Origin: a bacterium
GTDB taxonomy: Bacteria; UBA8248
Direction of reading: 5' to 3'
Length of the DNA: 64,000 nucleotides
Assembly (NCBI GenBank): GCA_965202625.1
Contig: CBDBBI010000010.1
Span: forward strand, 1,984,001-2,048,000
In this document: positions 44,705 to 54,062 of the stretch, piece by piece
Numbering within the stretch: the first letter of the stretch is position 1
Layout of the letters: each line of letters starts with the position of its first letter
Made by a program: the position numbers and the translations under genes
The notes under the pieces: generated by a model
The model's input: only the letters and a program-made list of their open reading frames with translations
The model's database searches: none
Told to the model about the DNA's origin: nothing

Positions 44705-44747
44705 ATCGGGGACGTTTCAGACGGGGGATACTTTTGGAGGCGTGCGC

Positions 44748-45767
44748 ATGGATGGGTTCGAGTTTTTCTTTGAGAAGGAATGGTCGGACGGATTGCCCGT
44801 GGTGCCGCCGACCGAAGAGAGAGTCGCTTGGATGCTCTCTGGAACCACGCGGGCACCAGACGAGGTCATAGGCTACGTCGCTCCGGCGGGGGGTGCGCTC
44901 AGCGTCCACGGCGCGGCGGTCCACGCCGTGATGGCGGGGTGCAAGCCTGCGTATATGCCGGTGTTGACGGCGGGTCTGGAGGCGCTTCTTGATGCGCGTT
45001 TCAACGTCAATCTCATTCAGGCCACGACGAGTGCTGGTGCTCCTTTCATGTTGGTGAACGGCCCCTACGCCAAGGAAATCGGGCTGCACGGCGGAGTGGG
45101 CTGCATGGGTCCCGGCTTTCGCGCGAATCTCACCATCGGCCGCGCCGTGAGGCTCATCATGATGAACGTAGGCGGCGGCATCCCTGGCATCACCTGTCTC
45201 GGTGGTTTCGGAGGTCCCTGGCGCACCACTTTTTGCATCATGGAGAACGAGGAGGAGTCGCCTTGGGAGTCGTATGCGGAATCAAAGGGGTTTTCGGGGG
45301 ACGACAACGTGGTGAGCATGATTCCCCTTGAGGGGCCGGCGCAGGTATGGGACGACGCGAGCCTGACTCCCCAGCGATTGCTCACGACCGTGGCCGACAT
45401 GATGTCCGCTTTGGGCGGACCCAACATGTATCGGCAAGCGGATATGGCGGTTGTCCTGGGCGCGCAACATGCGCATCTTTGCGCCGACGCCGGCCTCGGC
45501 CGCGCCGACGTTCACCAAAAATTGCTGGAGATGGGCGGTCGCACCGTTCGGGATATCAAACGCGGCGGCATCTGGCGCGACGAGAAGGGCGCGAATCGTT
45601 GGCCGTTTCCCGTGGACGTGAACGATGACGATTTTTTCGTGCCCGCCGTTGGCGATCCCGACGATCTGCATTTGATCGTCGCCGGAAGCAGGGGTTCGCC
45701 CTCCAGCATGGTGATGCACGGAATTACAGTGGCGTGCCGGGCGGTGACAAAGAAATTTGACGTGTGA
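44748..45767 (+). CDS. Uncharacterised UGSC-associated protein, paralogue 4
   Basis: MDGFEFFFEKEWSDGLPVVPPT and the same motif set. Confidence 0.75.
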   Translation: MDGFEFFFEKEWSDGLPVVPPTEERVAWMLSGTTRAPDEVIGYVAPAGGALSVHGAAVHAVMAGCKPAYMPVLTAGLEALLDARFNVNLIQATTSAGAPFMLVNGPYAKEIGLHGGVGCMGPGFRANLTIGRAVRLIMMNVGGGIPGITCLGGFGGPWRTTFCIMENEEESPWESYAESKGFSGDDNVVSMIPLEGPAQVWDDASLTPQRLLTTVADMMSALGGPNMYRQADMAVVLGAQHAHLCADAGLGRADVHQKLLEMGGRTVRDIKRGGIWRDEKGANRWPFPVDVNDDDFFVPAVGDPDDLHLIVAGSRGSPSSMVMHGITVACRAVTKKFDV

Positions 45768-45790
45768 GCACCCGCCTTCCGGCAGGCAAT

Positions 45791-45830
45791 GAGGCGTGAA
45801 GCCTCCGGATTTCCACGCCTCTACTTCCCC
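45791..45830 (+). terminator. Possible terminator hairpin after the paralogue array
   Basis: GAGGCGTG...CACGCCTC inverted repeat; weak U-tract. Confidence 0.35.
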
Positions 45831-46099
45831 TTCAAAACTGACAACCTCACAACCTTGACGGTCATAGGTCCAAAGCCTGTTCCCGCAACCACGCCAAACC
45901 ACTGAAAAATCTGGTATTTTTGATTTTTGGCGACATCTATTAGAAATCACCGGGATTCAGAAAAACCACCGGAACAAACATTCAATGTTGTAATTTTAGG
46001 GATCGCGTAGAGAGGTACCTGGCAATGTGTTCGTACTGAACTTCCACGATTTCCATCCGCGAACGATTACGTGATTTTAACAATTAGCGCTAACAGGCC

Positions 46100-47341
46100 C
46101 TATTCCTCGTCTGAGGGTTGCCACTCGATATCCGAATCCTCTTCAAGGGCGTAGGAAAAATCTTTCACCTCCGTTTCCGGCTGGTAGTCCGGGTACAGTC
46201 GGTGCAAGTCCCACTCGTTGATCGCGGTGCGGATCTTGTGGCGCATTCGACGATGAATGCCGGCACCCGCGACGACCTGTGGTGCCGGTGGCCGCGCACC
46301 GTAAGCCTGCTCATAGATGCCGCGCAACTTTTCCAGCACCGCAACGAGCTCGTCATCACCCGGTTGCTCCAGGATGACGCATTCGCGTTCCAGTAGCTGC
46401 ATACCAATTTCGGCCTGTTCGACAATGCCTTTGTATCGGCTCTGCCCTAGCCTCAATCCTATCTTGTCCTTGTCACGCTTATGTCCGTCGGGGTTGATGA
46501 CATGGAAGGCGAAATCGTCCGTCACCGCACCGACCACGACCAAGCCAGGTAAGGCCTCGTCCGCGACGCGTCCCATCCAGCGCGCAAGCTCTGCATAGGC
46601 GCGACCCCGTTGCAAGATCGAATAAGAAGCGACCAGTTCAATCTCGTCGAGAAGAACGACCCAACCTCGATAACCAGCGGCCTTGATAAGCTCGACGACA
46701 AAGCGCAGCCGCTTCGGGGGCAACTCCGCCGCCCTTGGTGCGGAAAATGGATAGTATTCGGCTTTGTGGATTTCCTTCAAACCTCTGCGGAGATTCGCTA
46801 CTGCCATACGATCGCCGGACCAGAAGGCTTCGATTTCCTCTTCAAGACTGAAATCATCGTTGTCTTGATGCACGATGAGGCTCGCTGGGAATATTGGATG
46901 CAGGTCTCCGCGCGACGCGGCATCGTGGACCCATTGGATGAACACTTCATACCGCTCCGAGGATGGATTCAACCGCAAGCTCAACTCTTCCATCAACCGC
47001 CCGTCGTGTCCGGGCAACCTGCCGCTCTCCATAGCGGCGGCAAACACCTTCTCTAGGTTGTAAAGTGGCGTCTCCTTGCTGATCGCCACCCTACTGCACA
47101 CGAAGTCTTCGGCCAACGCCCGCTGTTCCAGATGCGACAAAAGGTGCGATTTGCCGGTTCCAAAGCCGCCTGAAACCAGCATCGCCCGCGAATTCCCAGT
47201 ATCCCCTGGGACCTCCGCCAACATATGTGCAAAACGTTCTTCCACCTCCGGCTGATTACAGCCCAATTCGCGCACCGCATCTCGGTTGGGTACGCCGTTG
47301 CGCAACGCCTCCACCGCCTGCCGGGCAGCGACCTCTGGCAT
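46100..47341 (-). CDS. BrxD/DUF2791-like P-loop ATPase
   Basis: EALRNGVP N-terminus, Walker A SGGFGTGKS, Walker B VVLLDE. Confidence 0.82.
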   Translation of the reverse strand: MPEVAARQAVEALRNGVPNRDAVRELGCNQPEVEERFAHMLAEVPGDTGNSRAMLVSGGFGTGKSHLLSHLEQRALAEDFVCSRVAISKETPLYNLEKVFAAAMESGRLPGHDGRLMEELSLRLNPSSERYEVFIQWVHDAASRGDLHPIFPASLIVHQDNDDFSLEEEIEAFWSGDRMAVANLRRGLKEIHKAEYYPFSAPRAAELPPKRLRFVVELIKAAGYRGWVVLLDEIELVASYSILQRGRAYAELARWMGRVADEALPGLVVVGAVTDDFAFHVINPDGHKRDKDKIGLRLGQSRYKGIVEQAEIGMQLLERECVILEQPGDDELVAVLEKLRGIYEQAYGARPPAPQVVAGAGIHRRMRHKIRTAINEWDLHRLYPDYQPETEVKDFSYALEEDSDIEWQPSDEE

Positions 47342-47353
47342 AGCATCTTCTCC

Positions 47354-48310
47354 TTAGCTCAACCGCACTAAAGCCGAGACTGGATTGACAATATTCCGGT
47401 CTCGCACATCGTCCATTATTCTCACCTTCAATGCTTCGTATATCCCCCAATCCCTTCCCGATTCCTGCTCAAAGAACTGATAGTTGGTCCTCACTATGAG
47501 CAATGTTCCTGTTAGTAGATCTGTGTCGTCGATGATCTCTCGTAACAGTTGATAGTGATCCATAGTCATCGCCCTGTTGTAATAGTGCTGTCCGTCCTTC
47601 GGGTTGCGGGCGACTGTCAATCGCGCATTGTCGAGCATGACCACCGTGCCCGACCATCCCGCCTGCTGCACCCAATAAAAGATCGACCTGAGGAAGTATC
47701 GCGCCGTGGCACGGTTGATTGTTGTGCAAATCTGAAACGTTCTGACTCTGCCAATTCTTGGGTCGGTACCATTGAGCCAATCTATGACTGGCTGGCGTGT
47801 TGTCCTTCCCGCTGCTGAACTATCAGCCTGCTCCAGGCAAATTTGGGTCATAGCTATCCGAAACGCTTTCACCATGTTTTTGTTCTTCGTGACTTCCTTT
47901 TCAATTTTTTGCCTCAATCCAAGAAGGACCGATCTATGTTCCAAGCCGTTAAGTTGTGCTACGGCATCAATAACGTTTTCTACTGTTCCCGGATCAATGT
48001 CTTTGATTTGATAATTCAATGACTCCAGAGAGCGCAACATAAATTGGCGGGCAAGGAGCCGCCAATCGATCTGTGCTGCAATGCCGAAGAAGATTTTCTG
48101 TGGCATGTGGACGCGATGTTCCTCAGCGTCCAGATTCAGGAAAATATAGCCTTCCTTCTCGCAACACGACCTCAAGGTTTCCAACAATTCCCATTTCCGG
48201 TCATCATCAATAACCGAGAATTTTACTGCCGCGCCACCATCCTTGACGAAGGTAGATAGATATTCTTGCTTAAGAATGTCCATCCATTCCGCAATGGCAA
48301 TGTTCGTCAC
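47354..48310 (-). CDS. Degenerate BrxD/DUF2791-like protein (no Walker A)
   Basis: GGAAVKF lead-in strand without a GxxGxGK motif; GWSGTVVMLDN; LLREIIDD; GIYEALKVRI. Confidence 0.7.
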   Translation of the reverse strand: MTNIAIAEWMDILKQEYLSTFVKDGGAAVKFSVIDDDRKWELLETLRSCCEKEGYIFLNLDAEEHRVHMPQKIFFGIAAQIDWRLLARQFMLRSLESLNYQIKDIDPGTVENVIDAVAQLNGLEHRSVLLGLRQKIEKEVTKNKNMVKAFRIAMTQICLEQADSSAAGRTTRQPVIDWLNGTDPRIGRVRTFQICTTINRATARYFLRSIFYWVQQAGWSGTVVMLDNARLTVARNPKDGQHYYNRAMTMDHYQLLREIIDDTDLLTGTLLIVRTNYQFFEQESGRDWGIYEALKVRIMDDVRDRNIVNPVSALVRLS

Positions 48311-49119
48311 GAAGGATTCTTCCTAAAACTAATCCCGCAATATTTTACATTATTTCCACTTGGGTCGGTAAAAAACAGTAAGTTTTTTGATGGCTGCCTA
48401 GTTCCGGTGGACGACGGAAAGGAGACGGCAGCCCCATCTCTGGTCTCTCGGGGGCCGTCGCGGTCGAGTAAATACACATCCCGAGCGAAGTCCTGTTGTG
48501 TATAGTCCACCGCACTGCCTGGTAGAGCGGTTATGAGCTTGTATATCCTGATTAACAGAATGATCCGCCCGGCATTCAGTGGACCATTCGGCGCATTAGA
48601 GGTGATGTCTTTGTAGACTCTGTAAAGCGTCTCGATAAACTGCTTCGGCTTGAAGCCACTCTGTCTGTTCTGATTGTGAATGAGAAAATTAACAAGATGG
48701 GATGGCCTTATATCCGAAACTTTTTTTCTGTCGACCTGCACAGCCCGATCCTTCGGGACGATCTTGACGACAGAGGGATAGGAAACTAGGATTCGATCCT
48801 GTTTATGAATGTTCAAACGTTTCTTTTGGGCCACTTGTAGAAGCTCGTTTATATACCTGTCCCTGAGAAACTGAACCTCTTCTTCTTGCGAAAATGGCCA
48901 GAAGGAGGTGATGGAAAAGTCTTCCCGTTGCAGCGCGGCCAAAGCCTCCCCGATCTTTTCCTGCTCGCGCCTAATGGTTGCAATCCGGCCCGTGTGAGCA
49001 GCTTTCTTGAGTGCCCTTGCCCTCGCCGCCAATTCCTTCGCGGCTTGCAACGCTGCCTCGGCGGCACGTTCTGTGTCAGCGCAGGCTTTTTCGAAACTTG
49101 TCATCTCAACTGATCCCAA
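48307..49119 (-). CDS. Hypothetical protein (N-terminal coiled coil), first gene of the BrxD-like operon
   Basis: 270-aa ORF with RBS and a 4-bp overlap with the next gene. Confidence 0.7.
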   Translation of the reverse strand: MGSVEMTSFEKACADTERAAEAALQAAKELAARARALKKAAHTGRIATIRREQEKIGEALAALQREDFSITSFWPFSQEEEVQFLRDRYINELLQVAQKKRLNIHKQDRILVSYPSVVKIVPKDRAVQVDRKKVSDIRPSHLVNFLIHNQNRQSGFKPKQFIETLYRVYKDITSNAPNGPLNAGRIILLIRIYKLITALPGSAVDYTQQDFARDVYLLDRDGPRETRDGAAVSFPSSTGTRQPSKNLLFFTDPSGNNVKYCGISFRKNPS

Positions 49120-49429
49120 CTGATCCCTCCAAGGACTCTCCAGGAAGAGTCATGCTAAACATCCATCCGGTCGTTCGTCAAGTTTGGCGCGGGTCAGGGA
49201 CAGAGTTATTGCATTTGGCCTATGATCGACCTTGTGAGGGCATCGGAGTTTCCGATGTGTAGATGCTTTCGATGAACGGAGATACCGGGGAGATCGACGT
49301 AACCTTATGGTGCCACTCCCGGACGTTTTGTCCCCCATGATTTGCCCATCGCATGTTGTTCCTTTCACGGAAGTTAAGGGATGGAATTGCTTACATGCCA
49401 TCGCCGTTTCGGGGTGGTTCCGGATGAGG

Positions 49430-49460
49430 AAGCCCCGGCAAGATGCCGGGGCTTTGCTTT
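49430..49460. terminator. Rho-independent terminator-like hairpin
   Basis: AAGCCCCGGCA-AGA-TGCCGGGGCTT just beyond the Mo-enzyme stop codon. Confidence 0.7.
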
Positions 49461-49469
49461 TCCTGGACG

Positions 49470-51731
49470 TCAACCGCCCCCGTTCTCGCCGTTTTTCTGC
49501 ATCACCGCCCGGCAGACGCGCTCGGGGGTGATGGGCAGGTCGTGGAGCTCCGCGCCTATCGCGTCGTTGACGGCGAGGGCGACGGCGGCCGGTGCGTTGT
49601 TGCACGGCGGCTCTCCAACGCCGCGCGCGCCGTATGGACCCGCCCCCTCGCCGCATTCGAGGACGAGGGACGCAAACTCGCCGACGTCCGATGAGGTGGG
49701 TATCAGGTACTCGTGAAAACTCTGGGAGCGGCAATCTCCCTCCACCATGGTGATTTCCTCGTGCAGCGCGTAGCCGATTCCCATCACCGCGCCTCCTTCG
49801 AATTGCCCTTCCACGCTCGTGGGGTTGAGCGCGCGCCCCACGTCATGGGCGGCGACGTGCTTCAGAAGGTTCACCTCGCCGGTCTCTACGTCCACTTCCA
49901 CCTCGCTCGCGTGAACGCCGAAGGTGTAATCCGACCAGCCGCCCATGCCGTTCATGTAGCGTTGCGGATTCTCATAGTCGTGCCCCGGCATGTTGTAGCC
50001 GTGCGTGCAGTGGAGCGACTCGCCCATTCCCTTGGCTTCGCCCGCCGCGGCTCCAATCCCCACCCTTCTCTGGGGAGCGGAGGAGACCCAGGCCTCGCCG
50101 CCCCCGAAGCGAACGTCCTCCTCCGCGGCTTCGAGCAATGATGCCGCGCCTTTGGCCAACGCCTTGCGAACTTCCTCTGCGGCGAGTTGAACGGCGTGTC
50201 CCGCCATCAACGTTTGGCGCGAGCCTGCGGTGATGCCCGATAGCGGGGTGGTGGCGGAATCGGACAAGCGGGTGGAGACCTGATCGAGCCTGAGCCCCAA
50301 GGTTTCGGCCGTGATGCTTTGAAGCGTAGCCCCCTGGCCCGCGCCTATGTCCGGAGCGCTCACGCGGACCACGGCGCTGCCGTCCGGCTCCAGGTGAACC
50401 GCCGCGTTCGCGTCGTCGTGCGGTCTTCCGTAGCCGGTGATGTTCGCCGCCGCCGCCCGGCCGATGCGCTTTCCCGGGCCCGGCTTCGCGGGCGTGCCCA
50501 AAGCCTGAAGCGCGCTGTCCAGGCACCCCTCCAGGTTGGGCTTGTAAGGAATTTTCTGGCCGGTGGGCAGCTTTTGCCCTTTCTGAATGAAATTTTTTCG
50601 CCTGAACGCGTATTTGTCCATGCCGATGGCGTCCGCGATCAGGTTTATCTGGTTCTCGTAGGCGAAGCAGACCTGGTTCGACCCGACGCCCCGCATGGCG
50701 TTGGTGATGGGGTTGTTCGTGAGATAGCCGTGCGCGCGAATTTGCGCGTTGGGAACGTCGTAAGGGCCTGCGGCGATGCACATGGCGCCCAGGAGGAACA
50801 AGTTGGACTTGTATGGATAGGCGCCCGCGTCGCCCACGATGTCCGCCTGTAAGGCGAGAATTTTTCCGTCCTTGGTCGCTCCCGTCTTGTATCTCATATA
50901 GAAGGGGTGTTTCTTTGAAGTGTTTCGGATGCCTTTCTCGCGGTTCAGCACCATCACGGCGGGCCTTCCCGTATGCCAGGTGAGCAGCGCCAGGTAGGGT
51001 TCCACCGTCAACATTCCCTTGGCGCCGAACCCGCCGCCGACGTAAGTGCCGAGGTGGCGGACGCGGCTCTGGGATATCCCCAGAATCGCCGCGATGGCGC
51101 GATAGTATTCAATGAGCTGCGTGCCGACGCGGATGGTGAGGACGCCGTCCTCCTCCATCCAGGAGGCGCCGGAGGCGGGCTCCAGAAAGGCATGTTCCGC
51201 AAGCTGCGTCGTGTATGTTTTCTCGATGACCACGTCGGCTTCGGCGAACGCGGCTTCCACGTCCCCCCGGGCGACTTCAAAATCACACGCCTGCCGCTTC
51301 TCCGCGCTCGCCTCGTCGTGGCGCGTCGTCCACACGCCTTCTTCCGCGTCAATTTCCACCTCAATGGCCGCGATGGCGGCGTCGAGCGCGTCTCTCGTTT
51401 CGGCGCCCACGATCGCCAGGGCGTCTCCGGTATATTCGATCTTCTCTTCGACCAAAACGGGTTGATGGGGAAGACCCGGCGTGCCCGAGCCGAACCGCAC
51501 GTTTTTGCCGGGAATGTCCTTCGCGGTCAGAACGGCGACGACGCCTGGAATTTTCTCGGCCCTCGAAGCGTCAAGTTTTTTTAGGCGGCCCACCGGAGTG
51601 GGTGTGAACAACACGCCGCATTGCAAGGCGCCAGGGGGTATCGCGTCTTCTCCATAAGGCATGGAGCCGTCCGCTTTTGGTATGGAATCGTATCGAACGT
51701 TCGACTTGCCGATGATGTCGTAATCGGCCAT
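49470..51731 (-). CDS. Xanthine dehydrogenase family molybdopterin-binding subunit
   Basis: True start MADYDIIGK after an AAGGAG RBS; HAFLEP, VGGGFGAK, AMRGVG, GQFEGG, GVGEPP. Confidence 0.92.
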   Translation of the reverse strand: MADYDIIGKSNVRYDSIPKADGSMPYGEDAIPPGALQCGVLFTPTPVGRLKKLDASRAEKIPGVVAVLTAKDIPGKNVRFGSGTPGLPHQPVLVEEKIEYTGDALAIVGAETRDALDAAIAAIEVEIDAEEGVWTTRHDEASAEKRQACDFEVARGDVEAAFAEADVVIEKTYTTQLAEHAFLEPASGASWMEEDGVLTIRVGTQLIEYYRAIAAILGISQSRVRHLGTYVGGGFGAKGMLTVEPYLALLTWHTGRPAVMVLNREKGIRNTSKKHPFYMRYKTGATKDGKILALQADIVGDAGAYPYKSNLFLLGAMCIAAGPYDVPNAQIRAHGYLTNNPITNAMRGVGSNQVCFAYENQINLIADAIGMDKYAFRRKNFIQKGQKLPTGQKIPYKPNLEGCLDSALQALGTPAKPGPGKRIGRAAAANITGYGRPHDDANAAVHLEPDGSAVVRVSAPDIGAGQGATLQSITAETLGLRLDQVSTRLSDSATTPLSGITAGSRQTLMAGHAVQLAAEEVRKALAKGAASLLEAAEEDVRFGGGEAWVSSAPQRRVGIGAAAGEAKGMGESLHCTHGYNMPGHDYENPQRYMNGMGGWSDYTFGVHASEVEVDVETGEVNLLKHVAAHDVGRALNPTSVEGQFEGGAVMGIGYALHEEITMVEGDCRSQSFHEYLIPTSSDVGEFASLVLECGEGAGPYGARGVGEPPCNNAPAAVALAVNDAIGAELHDLPITPERVCRAVMQKNGENGGG

Positions 51732-51861
51732 TTGTTTGCTCCTTACGATGTAAGAGGGTTTTTGAAAATCAATCTTCATTCTGCCAAACTTCGACGCAAC
51801 TGAGAAGGGGAAATACGCTTGCGCCCGCGTTTTCCAGGGGACAATCCAGCGGGCGACATTC

Positions 51862-51890
51862 TGGACAAGGGATGCTTTGCGAGATATGAT
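51862..51890 (+). promoter_or_regulatory. Putative sigma70 promoter of the UGSC operon
   Basis: TGGACA-17 nt-TATGAT. Confidence 0.5.
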
Positions 51891-51932
51891 GTGGATAGGG
51901 CTCAATTCACATACCCTACATTGGAGGGCGCC

Positions 51933-52463
51933 ATGGCGAACGAAATGGGATTCATCGACCCGACTGCGGGGGGGACGGCCGAGAAAATAGAACTTGCGCA
52001 ACGGCCCGTCGATCTTTCTGGCAAGGTGGTGGGACTTCTCGACAACACGAAAGAGCAGGCGGACATTATTCTCGAAACTCTGGGAAACGCTCTCCGAGAA
52101 CAATATGACGTGGCGAAGGTCGTCTCGCAGCGCAAGGAGCATTACTCGAAGCCCGCCACGGATGAGATGATTGCGGAAATGGCCCAGGAGGTGGACGTGG
52201 CGATAGCCGCGCTGGGGGGCTGAGGCTCGTGTACGTTGTGCAGTGTGCACGACACGGTGGAATTTGAGAAACGAGGCGTTCCTTCGACCACCATCATCAC
52301 CGAGGCGTTCAAGAACGCAGCGGACTTTCAGTTTCGGGGCAAGGGCATGGAAGGGCACCCATACGTGCAGTTGCCCCACCCGGTCAGCAATTTGCGACCC
52401 GAGGAGATGCGGGAGACGACGCTGAGGTTCGTCGAGGAAGTGGCCAGCCACCTGAAAACCTGA
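51933..52463 (+). CDS. UGSC-family selenoprotein (Sec97)
   Basis: DVAIAALGG-TGA(52221)-GSCTLCSVHDTVEFEKRGVP is one continuous frame; the ORF track splits it into two ORFs. Confidence 0.9.
52224..52258 (+). promoter_or_regulatory. Putative bacterial SECIS element
   Basis: Hairpin GTTGTGC-AGTGT-GCACGAC (52235-52253); 18 nt between UGA and loop. Confidence 0.7.
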
Positions 52464-52496
52464 TGGGGGCTGAGGAGAAAAGGCGTCTTCCAGGAG

Positions 52497-53285
52497 GTGC
52501 CCGTGCGCGGGTTCGAGACGATATCCTATGAAGAAGAGGACGGATTGGCGGTAGTGAAGCTCAACCGCCCGGAGAGTTTGAACGCGATCAGTTTCAAGAT
52601 GGCGGAAGAATTCGTGGAGCTGGCGCGGGCCTTGGTTGATTCGAGAGACGTGCGCGTTGTGGTTCTCTCTGGCGAGGGACGCGCTTTCAGCACGGGTCGA
52701 GACCTCAAGGAAAGCGCTACGCACACCAAGGAGATGGCCGACCAATATCAGCGTCATGTGATGGCGACGACGACGCTGTGGGAGTGCTTGCCCATGCCTA
52801 CCATCGCCGCCATCAACGGCCATGCGTTTGGTTGGGGTGTGGAAATTACTCTGGGGTGCGACGTCAGGCTCGCCGCGCAAGAAGCCACTCTTTGCCTGCC
52901 GGAGTGCAGCTTGGGAATTTTTCCGGGGGCGGGCGGCGTGGTCAGGCTGCAAAGAATCATGCCGGCTGGACAGGCGAAAGAGCTCGTGTTCACGAGCAAA
53001 CGAATTGACGGGAAGGAGGCCGAGCGCATCGGCCTGGTGAACAAGGCGCATCCCCTGAATGCGCTCATGGGCGAAGCGAGGGGTATGGCGGAGAGGATAA
53101 GGGACAATGGCCCTCTGGGGGTTCGCGGCGCGAAAAAGGTGATCGACCAGACGCTCGACATGCCGCTCGCCCAGGCGGTGGAGTTTTCCAACGCTCTGAG
53201 GCTGCCGCTCAACCACACCAAGGATTTTGCCGAGGCACTGGCCGCTTTCAGGGAGAAGAGGAAACCTGTTTTCACAGGAGAATAG
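52497..53285 (+). CDS. Enoyl-CoA hydratase/isomerase
   Basis: AFSTGRDL, AAINGHAFGWGVE, LPECSLGIFPGAGG, AFREKRKPVFTG. Confidence 0.92.
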   Translation: MPVRGFETISYEEEDGLAVVKLNRPESLNAISFKMAEEFVELARALVDSRDVRVVVLSGEGRAFSTGRDLKESATHTKEMADQYQRHVMATTTLWECLPMPTIAAINGHAFGWGVEITLGCDVRLAAQEATLCLPECSLGIFPGAGGVVRLQRIMPAGQAKELVFTSKRIDGKEAERIGLVNKAHPLNALMGEARGMAERIRDNGPLGVRGAKKVIDQTLDMPLAQAVEFSNALRLPLNHTKDFAEALAAFREKRKPVFTGE

Positions 53286-53360
53286 AAGACGCCGGCGGCT
53301 TTGCCCGAAATGCCCATCCTGTCCTCGAGAGGATGGGCGTTTTGTTCATCGTGGCGGAAC

Positions 53361-54062
53361 ATGAACGAAGACCTCCTCGTCAAACGTGTGCAATCGGGGG
53401 TGGCGCGCCTCACCCTGAATCGCCCGCAGGCCCGAAATGCGGTGAACACGCCGCTTATGGAAGCCATCTGCGAAGCGATGGATGAGATGGGAAGCCGAGA
53501 AGACATGAAGGCGCTGATCGTTGCGGGCGCGGGAAGCGCTTTTTGCGCAGGCCGGGATTTGAAAGAGAGCACCTCCCACACACGGGCGCAGGCGGCGCGC
53601 TTCATGGTGCTGGGCGAGCGATGGAGCGCGGCGCTTCGTGAATTCCCCGTTCCCACGATCGCGGCTGTGAACGGCCCCGCATTGGGATGGGGCATGGTGT
53701 TGATGCTCGAGTGCGACCTTCGCATCGGGGCGAATAACGCCGTTTTGGGATACCCGGAGACCACGTTGGGGGTGTTTCCGGGAGCCGATGCCACCGTGCG
53801 CCTTACGCGGCAGACTTTTGTTCCATCCGCGAAAGATTTGGCACTCACCGGCAGGAGGTTGGACGCGCGCGAGGGGCTTCGCTTGGGGTTGCTGAATCGC
53901 GTTGTGCCCAAAGGCGACTTGATGGCCGAAGTGGACGCCCTGGGCGCCGAGATTGCCCAGCGTCCGCTGGAAAGACTCAGGGCGATGAAGGCGAGTTTCC
54001 TGAAAGTGGAAGCGATGTCGCGCTTCGGGCATTTGTCCCTGGCAGAGAGAATGGAGCGATGA
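53361..54062 (+). CDS. Enoyl-CoA hydratase/isomerase paralogue (C-terminally short)
   Basis: AFCAGRDL, AAVNGPALGWG, YPETTLGVFPG. Confidence 0.88.
   Translation: MNEDLLVKRVQSGVARLTLNRPQARNAVNTPLMEAICEAMDEMGSREDMKALIVAGAGSAFCAGRDLKESTSHTRAQAARFMVLGERWSAALREFPVPTIAAVNGPALGWGMVLMLECDLRIGANNAVLGYPETTLGVFPGADATVRLTRQTFVPSAKDLALTGRRLDAREGLRLGLLNRVVPKGDLMAEVDALGAEIAQRPLERLRAMKASFLKVEAMSRFGHLSLAERMER

Noticed and set aside
46100-48310. Calling the locus a BREX system
   Set aside because: The core BREX genes (pglZ, brxC/pglY, pglX) are absent from the window.
45770-49460. Direct repeats or att sites bounding the BrxD island
   Set aside because: Only weak similarity (GAAGCC(T)CCGG) at the two ends, with no integrase, transposase or tRNA, so it is not called a mobile element.
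49470-53216. 1248-aa ORF suggesting a giant fusion protein
   Set aside because: The first ~495 codons are antisense to the UGSC and crotonase genes. The real Mo-subunit starts at 51731 with its own RBS.
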